Under the pieces are notes generated by a model. It searched no databases. It had not been told where the DNA came from and was given only the letters and a program-made list of their open reading frames with translations. Positions 19,135-30,848 of a DNA stretch of 64,000 nt are shown piece after piece. The position numbers were made by a program, and so were the translations under genes. The stretch spans positions 6,019 through 70,018 of the forward strand of contig JBAZVG010000001.1 of the NCBI GenBank assembly GCA_041661005.1. Direction: 5' to 3'. This DNA is from Minisyncoccota bacterium (GTDB lineage Bacteria > Patescibacteriota > Minisyncoccia > Phycocordibacterales > UBA9973). How positions within the stretch are numbered: the first letter of the stretch is position 1; each line of letters begins with the position of its first letter.

Positions 19135-21057
19135 ATGGATTTTAATTTTTTGAACAAAAAAGGCACGCAAAATAAAGGCAAAAAGCCGAAAAGAGAAGTT
19201 AATTTTGGGGGAAGTATTGCCGGAACAATATTTATCTTTATGCTCATCACGGCAGTATATTTGATAGTTTCTGATAGTGGAAAGGTTATTCCAGAGATTT
19301 CGATTTCAGATTTAGCAAAAAGCGTATCGGTGGGGGAGGTGAAAAAGATCTTAGTTGAAGGAGACAAGCTGACGATTACTTATAAAAATGATGAAATTAA
19401 AAAATCCAAAAAAGAAATCAGCTCTGCTCTCTCACAGACGCTTTTCAATTACGGCGTAACAAGTGAGGCGCTCGGAAAAACAGAAATTGAAATAAAAGAT
19501 GAAGGCGGATTTATGTTTTTATTTTTAAATGCTCTTCCATTCCTATTGCCGATTGTTTTTATTTTACTTTTTTTCTGGTATTTATCGCGACAGGTCAAAG
19601 GCGCCGGCATGCAAGCGCTTTCCTTCGGCCAATCCAAAGCGCGCATCACTGATCCGAATGACAAGAACAATAGAGTGACTTTCAAAGATGTGGCTGGATG
19701 CAAGGAGGCAAAAGAAGAATTAAAAGAAATTGTTGATTTTCTAAAAAGCCCAAAGAAATTTTTAGATATTGGCGCGAGGATTCCAAAAGGTGTGATTTTG
19801 ACAGGAGCTCCGGGCACAGGAAAGACATTGCTTGCAAGAGCAGTAGCAGGGGAAGCCGGCGTGCCATTCTTTCATCTGTCTGGAAGTGAATTCGTGGAAA
19901 TGTTTGTGGGTGTCGGCGCTTCTCGAGTGCGGGATCTTTTCAAAATGGCCAAAAAAGCCGCTCCAGCGATAATCTTTGTGGATGAAATAGATGCCATTGG
20001 GCGCACGCGCGGAGGAGGCTTTGGTGGTGGTAATGATGAGCGTGAGCAAACGTTAAATCAAATATTGGTTGAGATGGACGGTTTTGAACCGAACGATAAA
20101 GTTATAGTAATGGCTGCGACCAACAGGCCGGATGTTCTAGACCCGGCGCTTATCCGCCCCGGCCGTTTTGATAGAAAAGTATTACTGGATTTGCCTGATC
20201 GCGCTGATCGTGAAGAAATATTAAAAATTCATGCGGTTAAAAAACCTCTTGCAGAGGATATCAATTTAAAATTGATCGCTGAACGAACTCCGGGATTCTC
20301 GGGCGCTGATTTGTATTCACTGATGAATGAAGGTGCGATCTTGGCAGCTCGAGAGAATCGAAAAAAAGTTTTTCAATTTGATTTGATTCGAGCTATTGAA
20401 AAAGTAATGCTTGGTCCCGAACGTAAAAGTCATTTGCTTTCCAAAAAAGAAAAAGAAATTACTGCCTATCATGAGGCTGGTCACGCCCTTGTGGCTTCGG
20501 TGTTGCCTTATGCAGATCCTGTGCACAAAGTTTCAATCATTGCGCGAGGAAATGCGGGAGGGTATACCTTAAAGTTGCCACTTGAAGAGCGACGTTTACA
20601 ATCTAAAAAAGAATTTATTGATGACATTGCAATGTCACTCGGAGGATATGTGGCAGAACAAATAATATTCGGAGACATAACTACCGGTCCTTCTAGCGAT
20701 TTACAAGTAGCGACGAATTTAGCGCGAGCAATGGTTACGCGATGGGGAATGTCTGATGTAATCGGTCCAGTAGCGCTCGTCGGTGGAGGGGGTAGAGTTC
20801 AATACAATGAAACTCCAGAAAAAGAATATTCTGAAAATGTTTCTGCCAAAGTCGATGCTGAGGTTTCTAGAATAATCAGTGATGGGATAAAATCTGCCGA
20901 AAAAGTATTGATTGAGCACCGGAAAGCTTTTGATGCTATCGCGCAGAAGCTCATTGAAGTTGAAACTTTAGAACAGAAAGAATATGAAAATATACTAACC
21001 CTGCACGGTATAATGTTGAAGAAGAAAGAGATCATAACTCCATCCGAGATTTCTTAG
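19135..21057 (+). CDS. ftsH: ATP-dependent zinc metalloprotease FtsH
   Basis: [32 protein letters not shown]. Confidence 0.98.
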   Translation: MDFNFLNKKGTQNKGKKPKREVNFGGSIAGTIFIFMLITAVYLIVSDSGKVIPEISISDLAKSVSVGEVKKILVEGDKLTITYKNDEIKKSKKEISSALSQTLFNYGVTSEALGKTEIEIKDEGGFMFLFLNALPFLLPIVFILLFFWYLSRQVKGAGMQALSFGQSKARITDPNDKNNRVTFKDVAGCKEAKEELKEIVDFLKSPKKFLDIGARIPKGVILTGAPGTGKTLLARAVAGEAGVPFFHLSGSEFVEMFVGVGASRVRDLFKMAKKAAPAIIFVDEIDAIGRTRGGGFGGGNDEREQTLNQILVEMDGFEPNDKVIVMAATNRPDVLDPALIRPGRFDRKVLLDLPDRADREEILKIHAVKKPLAEDINLKLIAERTPGFSGADLYSLMNEGAILAARENRKKVFQFDLIRAIEKVMLGPERKSHLLSKKEKEITAYHEAGHALVASVLPYADPVHKVSIIARGNAGGYTLKLPLEERRLQSKKEFIDDIAMSLGGYVAEQIIFGDITTGPSSDLQVATNLARAMVTRWGMSDVIGPVALVGGGGRVQYNETPEKEYSENVSAKVDAEVSRIISDGIKSAEKVLIEHRKAFDAIAQKLIEVETLEQKEYENILTLHGIMLKKKEIITPSEIS

Positions 21058-21142
21058 GTTGTTATTATGTGCTATAATAAAGACATTATTAGTTTAATCA
21101 GCCGCCTGTGCGACAAAAGCTCTGGCGAGCCAAAGAAAAAAT

Positions 21143-21328
21143 ATGGCAGATTTAAAAGCTTTGTGTATGAAGTGTAGAAATGCGGAGAATAAGCCGACAA
21201 TGCAGGTGATGAAGAATGTAAAAGTGGAAGAAAAGAACGGCAGATATTCCGCAAAAGGACAATGCAGTGTTTGTGAGGGCAATCAATTCAAATTTATGTC
21301 CAAAGCAGACGCTGAGGCAATGAAATAA
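21143..21328 (+). CDS. Small zinc-ribbon protein (DUF5679-like)
   Basis: CMKC...KNGR..AKGQCSVC. Confidence 0.75.
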   Translation: MADLKALCMKCRNAENKPTMQVMKNVKVEEKNGRYSAKGQCSVCEGNQFKFMSKADAEAMK

Positions 21329-21347
21329 TTAGTAATTTAAAAAAATT

Positions 21348-21497
21348 ATGAAGTTTTTGTTTTGGATTCTTGTAATATATCTTGTAGTAATCGTTTTTCT
21401 TGCGCTTACCCTTGATCACAAATTGTTTTTAGGGAATATGGGGATCTGGGCGTTTCTGTTTTTGTATTGGGTTTCTAATGTTGCAGGTTCGCACTAA
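21348..21497 (+). CDS. Small 2-TM membrane protein (49 aa)
   Basis: Manual translation MKFLFWILVIYLVVIVFLALTLDHKLFLGNMGIWAFLFLYWVSNVAGSH. Confidence 0.5.
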   Translation: MKFLFWILVIYLVVIVFLALTLDHKLFLGNMGIWAFLFLYWVSNVAGSH

Positions 21498-21557
21498 ACA
21501 TTATTAATTAATTTAAGCCGCCTATGCTAAAGCTATGGCGAGCCAAGCAATAAATTT

Positions 21558-21614
21558 ATGGCAAAAGGAGACGGACATAGAAAAGAGAAGAAGAAACCAA
21601 AGAAAAATAAGTAG
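21558..21614 (+). CDS. 18 aa basic peptide MAKGDGHRKEKKKPKKNK
   Basis: Leader resembles that of 21143; followed by a terminator. Confidence 0.5.
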   Translation: MAKGDGHRKEKKKPKKNK

Positions 21615-21620
21615 CAAAAT

Positions 21621-21661
21621 AAGTATAAAAAAGCCCCTATTTTTGGGGCTTTTTTATACTT
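21621..21661. terminator. Bidirectional intrinsic terminator
   Basis: aagtataaaaaagcccc...ggggcttttttatactt. Confidence 0.85.
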
Positions 21662-21688
21662 GACTTATATATTCCCTTAGCATATACT
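21660..21688 (+). promoter_or_regulatory. rRNA sigma70 promoter
   Basis: TTGACT-17-TATACT; boxA-like ctctttgaca near 21753. Confidence 0.75.
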
Positions 21689-22032
21689 TGCTTCAGCGTC
21701 TTTCCTTTGTTGGAATGACGTTTTAATTTCCGCCAGGGGCGGATAAATAACTCTCTTTGACAATAGAATGAATTATTGAGAACAGGTGCAAGTCTGTTCT
21801 GTTTTTTTGAGTAAGCCCCGACGTAAAGTCGGGGTCCCGACCCTGAAATTTAATTTAGGCGTCGGGATAGAAATAATTTTTAGAGCAAAAGATTGAACTC
21901 TAACAAGTAACAAAAATAATACTGAGGAGCGCAAGCGACGGATGTACTGTTTTTTGTTTTGTTTCGTTCCTAAATCAAAATGCTTTGCATTTTGATCGGA
22001 CGATCCGCCTTTGGCGGATTTAGTCTGTAACT

Positions 22033-23590
<1,558 letters not shown>

Positions 23591-23831
23591 TTGAAAACTG
23601 TCCCAATTTTTATTTATAAAAATTGAGGATCCCGCCATAGGCGGGATCCTGGTCTCGCCCCGCGAGACTGGACTAATTGAGTCGGTATTGTGTCGCTCAA
23701 TTGACGACACAATAGTCTAAGTATGTTGTGGACTTAAAGAAACATATTGACAGAGAGGAAAGACTCTTAAGTTAAAAAGAACGAAACAAAACAAAGAACA
23801 GTTCACCCCGCCATGGCGGGGCAAGCAAACA

Positions 23832-23860
23832 AAAATACCTCGCGCAAGCGGGGTATTTTT
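23832..23860 (+). terminator. Terminator after 16S
   Basis: aaaatacctcgc-gcaa-gcggggtattttt. Confidence 0.75.
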
Positions 23861-23874
23861 GTTATAATTTTATT

Positions 23875-24846
23875 GTGCAAGAGACAAAATCTAAATCTAA
23901 AAAAGATAGTGCCAAAAAGAGAGTTGGAATATTACGTGGTGGAGTGGGGGCACATTATACAACGTCTCTCAAGCGTGGCGGAGATATTATTTCCCATATT
24001 TTTGAAAATTTAGGAGATAAATATAAAGTAGTTGATATTTTGATTGATAAAGATCACATTTGGCATCTCGGTGGACTACCTATAAGTCCTAGCGATCTAG
24101 CTCATAGAGTAGACGTGGTATGGAATACAACGCTTCCTAGTTACTCAAATATTTTAGAAAGTTTATCTATTCCAAATATTGGAGTCAGTGCTTTCTCTCA
24201 CACTTTGGAAAACAGCAAAGAAATGCTTCGTGAACATATGAAAAAAAAGGGAATTTCCATGCCTCGGTCTGTTGTTTTACCTCTTTATCAAAAAGATTTT
24301 GACGGATCGCGTGAGAGATATGCAATCAAAAAAGCGAAAGAAGTTTTTGAAAAGTTTGGATCACCTTGGATTATCAAATCCGCCTGGGCTGACGCCAGTC
24401 GAGACCGGTCTTTTACCCCCGACGCAAACATGGCTGTACATTTAGCTCATACATTTAATGAGTTGGTGGCGGGGATAGAAGACGGTGTGAACCATGAAAA
24501 AAGTATTTTAGTTGAAGAATTTATTGCGGGTAAAGTTGCTTCTGTCCATTCTGTCGCGAATTTTCGTGGAGAAAATGTTTATACTTTTCCTTTGAACAAT
24601 TTTTTCACCAATTTTTCTCAGAATGAAAAGGAAAAAATAAATGCTCTTGCAAAAGATTTACATACGCATATAGGCGCTGAACATTATTTAAAATTAGATT
24701 TTATTTTGACTCCCAGGGGTAAAGTTTATCTCTTGGAATTTGAATCTACACCCAATTTGAAATTACATTCGCATTTTTCGCAAGCCTGCAACTCCGTTGG
24801 CGCAAAAATGCACGAAGTGGTAGAACATATAATAGAACAAGTTTAA
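23875..24846 (+). CDS. D-Ala-D-Ala ligase-like ATP-grasp protein (divergent)
   Basis: RVGILRGG, LVEEFIAG, KLDFIL, YLLEFESTP; several canonical Ddl motifs are degenerate. Confidence 0.75.
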   Translation: MQETKSKSKKDSAKKRVGILRGGVGAHYTTSLKRGGDIISHIFENLGDKYKVVDILIDKDHIWHLGGLPISPSDLAHRVDVVWNTTLPSYSNILESLSIPNIGVSAFSHTLENSKEMLREHMKKKGISMPRSVVLPLYQKDFDGSRERYAIKKAKEVFEKFGSPWIIKSAWADASRDRSFTPDANMAVHLAHTFNELVAGIEDGVNHEKSILVEEFIAGKVASVHSVANFRGENVYTFPLNNFFTNFSQNEKEKINALAKDLHTHIGAEHYLKLDFILTPRGKVYLLEFESTPNLKLHSHFSQACNSVGAKMHEVVEHIIEQV

Positions 24847-24916
24847 CATGGGCATGTGGCGCCCGCCTGCTTTCGCCTAAGCGAAGCGATGGCGGGCGGG
24901 TATTGGTATAGAATTT

Positions 24917-25003
24917 GCCGAAGTGGCGTAATTGGTAAACGCGCTGCGTTCAGGACGCAGTGAGGGCAACCTCGTAAGGGTTCAACTCCCTTCTTCGGCA
25001 CCA
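24917..25003 (+). tRNA. tRNA-Leu(CAG)
   Basis: ctgcg-ttCAGga-cgcag, long variable arm, encoded CCA. Confidence 0.95.
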
Positions 25004-25052
25004 CGGGCCGTAGCCCCGCACCAAAGCAAAGCTTGGTACGGGGTAAATATAC

Positions 25053-25125
25053 CGGGGTATAGTGTAACGGCTAACATACATGATTCGGGTTCATGTGATT
25101 CTGGGTTCGAATCCCAGTACCCCGA
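25053..25125 (+). tRNA. tRNA-Pro(CGG)
   Basis: CGGGGTA/TACCCCG-A; catga-ttCGGgt-tcatg. Confidence 0.92.
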
Positions 25126-25227
25126 CAATCGAGTTCGACCTGTCCCGTACGAAGCCAAAGGCTTTCGTTCGGGATTCTCGACGGCCCGACATTGCTTTGT
25201 CATTTTTTGGGGTTTATAATATGAGAT

Positions 25228-25554
25228 ATGAAGAAAGTGGTAAAGGATAAATTTAAAAACGAAGAAATGAAGCATTATTTAGATGCTTCTGCTGAGATAT
25301 ACAATGAAAACCTAAAGGGAATAAGGGAAGGTTCGATTATTACGAACAGAAAACTAGATGGCATCACAGAAACTTTAGCTAAGCATACAAAAAAATTAGA
25401 TTCACATTCAGAAATGATGGGAACCTTAATGGAAGATATGACAGTAGTCAAAGAAGATCTGTCTGTAATAAAAAGCGATTTAAAAAGAAAAGTTGATTAT
25501 GATGATTTCTTATCTTTAGTGAAAAGAGTTCAAAAGATAGAGGCAAAGTTATGA
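25228..25554 (+). CDS. Coiled-coil hypothetical protein
   Basis: Heptad pattern; -10 box 7 nt upstream of ATG. Confidence 0.7.
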   Translation: MKKVVKDKFKNEEMKHYLDASAEIYNENLKGIREGSIITNRKLDGITETLAKHTKKLDSHSEMMGTLMEDMTVVKEDLSVIKSDLKRKVDYDDFLSLVKRVQKIEAKL

Positions 25555-25583
25555 ATTATAAATAAACTAATTTTTTTATTAAA

Positions 25584-26033
25584 ATGAAAAGAACACTATT
25601 TGTCTCACTGACTGTAATTATCATTTTAGGATTAGGTTTAATAATATTTTTTCATTATAACAAACCTGATCTTATAATTGAGAATATAGTAACTAAACCA
25701 CCTGGAATATTAGATGTATCTATTAAAAATATAGGGAGGCAAGATGTAGTTGGAAGAGTCTATCTTTGTCTGATTGATACTGGTAGTTACAAAAACAAAG
25801 GGAAAAATCTACAGGACACGCCATGTGATCATGCAGAATTAGTAAACATGGATCTCAAAGGTCAACCAGGAGATGTATTGCCGATAAAGAAGGACGAAAC
25901 ACTAAGTTTTTCAGTTTATGGATATAGTTACTTTGGTCCCATATATGCTTATATAGATAAATCAAGTGAGGTGTCTAGCACTAATTTAGTATTAGAATCT
26001 AATGAAGGCAATAATTTATTTATTTTAAAATAA
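25584..26033 (+). CDS. Membrane-anchored CARDB/Ig-like protein
   Basis: TM, PDLIIENI...IKNIG...VLESNEGNN. Confidence 0.7.
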   Translation: MKRTLFVSLTVIIILGLGLIIFFHYNKPDLIIENIVTKPPGILDVSIKNIGRQDVVGRVYLCLIDTGSYKNKGKNLQDTPCDHAELVNMDLKGQPGDVLPIKKDETLSFSVYGYSYFGPIYAYIDKSSEVSSTNLVLESNEGNNLFILK

Positions 26034-26172
26034 CAAGTAACCAAATTGTTTTTATCTGTAGCGGGTGGTCGCACTCACATAGGCACATATGTTGGAGTTT
26101 CGCCATCACCCGCTTCAAATGAAAATAATTGAAAACCCTTCACCAAAATTTTGGTGAAGGGTTTTGTTTTTC

Positions 26173-26273
26173 GTACATTATAAAAATTTTAGAGTCCGAA
26201 TATTTTTCTGCTGAAAAATTTCTCAAGACTCGCGCCGTCGCGCTCCGTAGCCTCTAAAATCTTTACAATGTAC
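26173..26273. repeat. Long-arm hairpin element
   Basis: 22 bp arms with 2 mismatches; core has tttttctgctgaaaaa and tcgcgccgtcgcgctc. Confidence 0.8.
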
Positions 26274-26420
26274 TCAAACTTGAATTTGACTTATCCACAG
26301 TTTTGTTTAAAAAAGTATTGTTTTACATTTTAATAAGGAACATAATTAAAGTGTTTTCGCAATAGAAATTTAAGGTCGTCTTTTATTGCAAACTATTTAG
26401 AAAATTAATTTATAAATACT

Positions 26421-26510
26421 ATGGCAAAAAAAAGAAAGAAAGCAGTAAAGAAGGGAAAGAAGCGAACAGCAAAAAAAGGAAAGAGAAAAGCTACAAAGAG
26501 ACGAAGATAG
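26421..26510 (+). CDS. 29 aa Lys/Arg-rich peptide
   Basis: MAKKRKKAVKKGKKRTAKKGKRKATKRRR; own terminator at 26520-26549. Confidence 0.7.
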   Translation: MAKKRKKAVKKGKKRTAKKGKRKATKRRR

Positions 26511-26605
26511 TTTCAGTTTAAAAAGATCCCGCTACGGCGGGGTTTTTTTGTTTCTTACCCCGCACTGAGCTTCGCTCTAGTCTTGGGTTGTGCTAATATA
26601 TAAAA

Positions 26606-29200
26606 ATGTCTTTATTTAGTAAAATATTTGGCAATGAGAGTTCAAAATTCATTGCAGATACAAAGAAAACATTAGCTGAAATCAACGTTTTAGAAGCGGA
26701 TATTTCGAGATTGGCGGACGAGGATTTTCCAAAGAAAACCCAAGAATTTAAGGATAGATTGGTAAAAGGAGAGACTTTAGATGACATATTGCCAGAGGCT
26801 TTTGCGCTCGTGCGAGAGGCGGCCAAAAGGAATTTGGGCGAGAGACATTATGACGTCCAATTGATCGGAGGACTTGCTCTTCATAATGGGAAAATTGCCG
26901 AGATGAGAACTGGTGAAGGAAAAACTTTAGTAGCAGTATTGCCGGCATATTTGAATGCGCTCACGGGCGAGGGTGTGCATATCGTCACGGTGAACGATTA
27001 TCTTTCTCGTATTGGTGCAGTCCTGATGGGGCAAGTTTATAATTTTTTAGGTTTAAGTGTTGGTGTAATCAATTCAAATAACGTTTCATATTTATATGAT
27101 GAGGAACATATTGGAAAGAAGGCTAAATCCAGCGAAGCTGGATCGCCCGACAATTCAGAAGAATTGTTTAGGGAAGATAAAGAGCGAGACACCATTGGAG
27201 AATTTAAAGTTGTTTATGATTTTCTGAAACCATGTTCAAGAAAAGATGCATATAAGGCGGATGTGACTTACGGCACAAATCATGAATACGGTTTCGATTA
27301 TCTGCGTGATAATCTAGCGACATCTGTAGAAAATTTAGTACAACGTGGACACAATTATGCAATCGTAGATGAAGTGGACTCTATTTTAATAGATGAAGCG
27401 CGTACTCCACTCATTATATCAAGCGCTTCGGGAGACTCTGGAGATTTTTATATTAAATTTTATCAAATTGCTAAACAGTTGAAGAGAGACACTGATTACG
27501 AAGTGGATGAAAAATTAAAAGCCATCACTTTAACCGATTCAGGTATAACTAAAGCTGAGCAACTTCTCGGAGTACAGAATATTTATACTGAAAAGGGTAT
27601 CAAATATGTCCATCACTTGGAAACAGCCGTGAAAGCGCAAGCTATTTTTGAAAAAGATAAAGACTATGTGGTAAAAGACGGAGAAGTTGTGATCGTAGAT
27701 CCTTTTACCGGCAGACTCCAGCCTGGCAGACGTTGGAGCGAGGGAATTCATCAAGCGATAGAAGCTAAAGAAGGCGTGAAAATAGAAAAAGAAACTCGTT
27801 CATCTGGCTCTATTACTTTTCAGAATTACTTCAGATTTTATAAAAAACTGTCTGGTATGACAGGCACAGCGGTTACCTCAGCAGAAGAATTTTTAAAAGT
27901 TTATGGCTTGGATGTTATTGTGATCCCGACCAATCGTCCCATTGTCCGCATAGATCATAACGATTTAATTTTCCAAACAGAAAAAGGCAAGTTTCAAGCG
28001 ATTGCGAAAAAAGTCAAAGAACTCAACATGAAAGGCGAGCCTGTGCTGATCGGAACTATTTCTATCGAAAAGAATGAGCTCCTGTCCGCGTATCTCAAAC
28101 AAGAAGGCGTGCCTCATGTGATTTTGAATGCAAAGAATCATGAAAAGGAAGGCGAGATAATCGCACAGGCTGGCAAACGCGGGGCGGTGACGATAGCTAC
28201 GAATATGGCTGGACGTGGAATTGATATCAAGCTCGGAGGTAATCCGATAATCAAACCAGAATATGAATTTGTAAAAAGCGTTGGCGGGCTTTTTGTTTTA
28301 GGTACTGAAAGACATGAGGCGAGAAGAATAGACAATCAGCTTCGGGGTCGCTCCGGCCGTCAGGGAGATCCGGGCGAGACGCAATTTTATGTTTCGCTCG
28401 AAGATGATTTAATGCGTGTGTTCGGTTCGGAAAAAATAAAAACAATGATGGGACGTTTTGGTATATCAGAAGATCAGCCGATTGAAAATCGTTTTATTGG
28501 GAAGACTCTTGAAGGAGCACAGGCGAAAATAGAAGGTTTTCATTTTGATGCGCGCAAAAATACTTTGGAATATGACGACGTGATGAATCATCAGCGTAAA
28601 ATTATTTACGAGAGACGTCAAAAGATGCTGAGGGCGGATCAGAATGGAATAGAAGAATTATTACAAAAGATTTCTGCAGGAAAAGAAGGTTTTGATAAAG
28701 TAATCGAAGAGAAAAGAAAAAAATTGGGCGACAAGGCGTTTTTGGAAGTTGTTCGCCGCATTGCTTTGTATACCACAGATGGTCTTTGGATGGAGCATTT
28801 AGAGGCGATGGATTATCTGCGGTCTTCCGTAAATTTGCGGGCTTATGGTCAAAGGGAACCTATCGTAGAATACAAAAAGGATGGACTCTTTATGTTTAAA
28901 GAGATGGAAAAAACATTTGAAGAACAAGCCTTTTCTTTAATTGGATCTATAAATACTGACACTGCAAATGTTCAAGCAGAAAAAAATGAACCACAACAAA
29001 CTTTAGTAGCAAGCCACACTGAACCCAGTGAACTTGGAGGAAAGAGAGATACATCGGCGCAAATTAGTGAAATGATAAATGTCGGACGCAATGATCCTTG
29101 TCCATGCGGGGCAATCAATCCAACAACTGGTGAAGTTTTTAAATACAAAAAATGCGGTCTCATAAATGCTCCACAGCATCGCAAGGCGTTGGTTAATTAA
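26606..29200 (+). CDS. secA: Preprotein translocase SecA
   Basis: EMRTGEGKT, IVDEVDSILIDEARTP, QLRGRSGRQGD, GRNDPCPCG. Confidence 0.98.
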   Translation: MSLFSKIFGNESSKFIADTKKTLAEINVLEADISRLADEDFPKKTQEFKDRLVKGETLDDILPEAFALVREAAKRNLGERHYDVQLIGGLALHNGKIAEMRTGEGKTLVAVLPAYLNALTGEGVHIVTVNDYLSRIGAVLMGQVYNFLGLSVGVINSNNVSYLYDEEHIGKKAKSSEAGSPDNSEELFREDKERDTIGEFKVVYDFLKPCSRKDAYKADVTYGTNHEYGFDYLRDNLATSVENLVQRGHNYAIVDEVDSILIDEARTPLIISSASGDSGDFYIKFYQIAKQLKRDTDYEVDEKLKAITLTDSGITKAEQLLGVQNIYTEKGIKYVHHLETAVKAQAIFEKDKDYVVKDGEVVIVDPFTGRLQPGRRWSEGIHQAIEAKEGVKIEKETRSSGSITFQNYFRFYKKLSGMTGTAVTSAEEFLKVYGLDVIVIPTNRPIVRIDHNDLIFQTEKGKFQAIAKKVKELNMKGEPVLIGTISIEKNELLSAYLKQEGVPHVILNAKNHEKEGEIIAQAGKRGAVTIATNMAGRGIDIKLGGNPIIKPEYEFVKSVGGLFVLGTERHEARRIDNQLRGRSGRQGDPGETQFYVSLEDDLMRVFGSEKIKTMMGRFGISEDQPIENRFIGKTLEGAQAKIEGFHFDARKNTLEYDDVMNHQRKIIYERRQKMLRADQNGIEELLQKISAGKEGFDKVIEEKRKKLGDKAFLEVVRRIALYTTDGLWMEHLEAMDYLRSSVNLRAYGQREPIVEYKKDGLFMFKEMEKTFEEQAFSLIGSINTDTANVQAEKNEPQQTLVASHTEPSELGGKRDTSAQISEMINVGRNDPCPCGAINPTTGEVFKYKKCGLINAPQHRKALVN

Positions 29201-29215
29201 AAATAAAAATTTTGT

Positions 29216-29548
29216 ATGATTACATATGAAGATTTTCAAAAAGTAGATATACGAGCGGGGGAAATATTAAAAGCAGAGGATTTCCCGGAGGCAAGAAAAC
29301 CGATGTATAAACTCGTGATAGATTTTGGCGCAGAAATTGGAATAAAAATGTCGGCTGGACAAATTACAAAAAATTACAAAAAAGAAGAGTTAGTTGGTAA
29401 AACTATTATCGGAGTAGTAAATTTTCCTCCGAAACATATCGGACCATTTATTTCTGAAGTGCTTACCTTGGGTTTGGTAGATGAAGAAGATGGGGTGGTT
29501 TTACTTTGCCCCACCAAAAAAGTGCCAAAAGGCGCGAGGATGATGTAG
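29216..29548 (+). CDS. csaA: CsaA/Trbp111-like OB-fold tRNA-binding chaperone
   Basis: DFQKVDIRAG, ARKPMYKLVIDFG, VVNFPPK, SEVLTLG. Confidence 0.88.
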   Translation: MITYEDFQKVDIRAGEILKAEDFPEARKPMYKLVIDFGAEIGIKMSAGQITKNYKKEELVGKTIIGVVNFPPKHIGPFISEVLTLGLVDEEDGVVLLCPTKKVPKGARMM

Positions 29549-29552
29549 TAAT

Positions 29553-30848
29553 ATGCGGGACAATAAAATGAAGAATCTACTTAGAAAATTAAAAATTAAA
29601 AGGCGAATTATTGCGCTCTTGGCGACCTTGCATTTCTTTGGTAATCCGTCGGCGAAATTAAAAATTGTGGGAGTGACGGGCACAAGTGGTAAAACAACGA
29701 CAGCTACGCTTTTGTATAGAATAGCCATAGATCTTGGTTATAAGGCTGGACTTATTAGCACAGTAGAGAATATTATAAATGGGAAAATCGTTGCGACATC
29801 GGACAACAGACCGATTCCTGGCACTACACCTGATCCGATAACTTTATATAAATTATTGAACAAGATGATGGATGAGGGCTGTGAATATGTTTTTATGGAA
29901 GTTTCTTCGCATTCACTCGACCAGAGACGAGTCGCAGGGATAAATTTTACCGGAGGAATTTTCACAAACTTGACTCAAGACCATTTTGATTATCATAAGA
30001 ATTTTGAGAATTATTTTGAGGCTAAAAAGAAATTTTTCAAGATGCTTCCCTCGCGAGCTTTTGCTTTGACGAATGCTGATGATAAGTATGGTGTGAAAAT
30101 GTTGGAGGGGATCAAGGCGAATCAGTTTTCTTATGGGTTCACTAAAGATTTTGATGAAGTGCATTTTCACGGCCAGATTCAGAAAGTAGATTTTAATGGT
30201 TTAGATTTACTTTTTAATAAAATCGAAATAAAGTCAAAGCTTGTCGGCAGATTTAATGCTTACAATTTACTAGCTGTGTGGAGTGCTTGCTCGCTTCTTG
30301 GTTTTGATATGGATAAGGTAAATAAAATAATAGAAAACATAGAGCCCCCACGGGGACGTTTTGAACATTTTACATCTGCAAATGGAGTTCTGGTTATAGT
30401 GGACTATGCTCACAAGCCAGATGCATTAGATAAAGTATTTGTGCCCATAAAAGATGTAATAGAAAAAAATAAAGCGATGGGCAAGCCGGGTAAAATAATC
30501 TCCGTTTTTGGATGCGGGGGAGACAGAGATCCATCAAAACGTCCAATCATGGGGAAAATTGGCGCGGAGAATTCTGACATAGCCATTTTCACTTCGGACA
30601 ATTCTAGAAGTGAAGATCCAAATAAAATAATTGAAGAAATGAAAACTGATTTATCTCCCGAAATGTTGGAAAAAGTAAAATCAATTACAGATAGACGTGA
30701 AGCGATAATTGAAGCAGTGAAATTAGCTAAAAATGGAGACGTCATTCTCTGTGCCGGCAAAGGCCATGAAGATTACCAGGAAATCAAAGGCGAGAAGCAT
30801 CATTTTGACGATATGGAGGAACTGAAAAAGGCATATGAAAGACTTTAA
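29553..30848 (+). CDS. murE: UDP-MurNAc-tripeptide synthetase
   Basis: GVTGTSGKTT, EVSSH, VDYAH, GCGGDRD, DNSR, AGKGHE. Confidence 0.95.
   Translation: MRDNKMKNLLRKLKIKRRIIALLATLHFFGNPSAKLKIVGVTGTSGKTTTATLLYRIAIDLGYKAGLISTVENIINGKIVATSDNRPIPGTTPDPITLYKLLNKMMDEGCEYVFMEVSSHSLDQRRVAGINFTGGIFTNLTQDHFDYHKNFENYFEAKKKFFKMLPSRAFALTNADDKYGVKMLEGIKANQFSYGFTKDFDEVHFHGQIQKVDFNGLDLLFNKIEIKSKLVGRFNAYNLLAVWSACSLLGFDMDKVNKIIENIEPPRGRFEHFTSANGVLVIVDYAHKPDALDKVFVPIKDVIEKNKAMGKPGKIISVFGCGGDRDPSKRPIMGKIGAENSDIAIFTSDNSRSEDPNKIIEEMKTDLSPEMLEKVKSITDRREAIIEAVKLAKNGDVILCAGKGHEDYQEIKGEKHHFDDMEELKKAYERL

Noticed and set aside
24932-25275. ORFs 24932..25219 and 24982..25275
   Set aside because: They overlap tRNA-Leu and tRNA-Pro; spurious
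26291-26299. Perfect DnaA box TTATCCACA as a possible oriC
   Set aside because: Single box; no cluster and no dnaA/dnaN nearby
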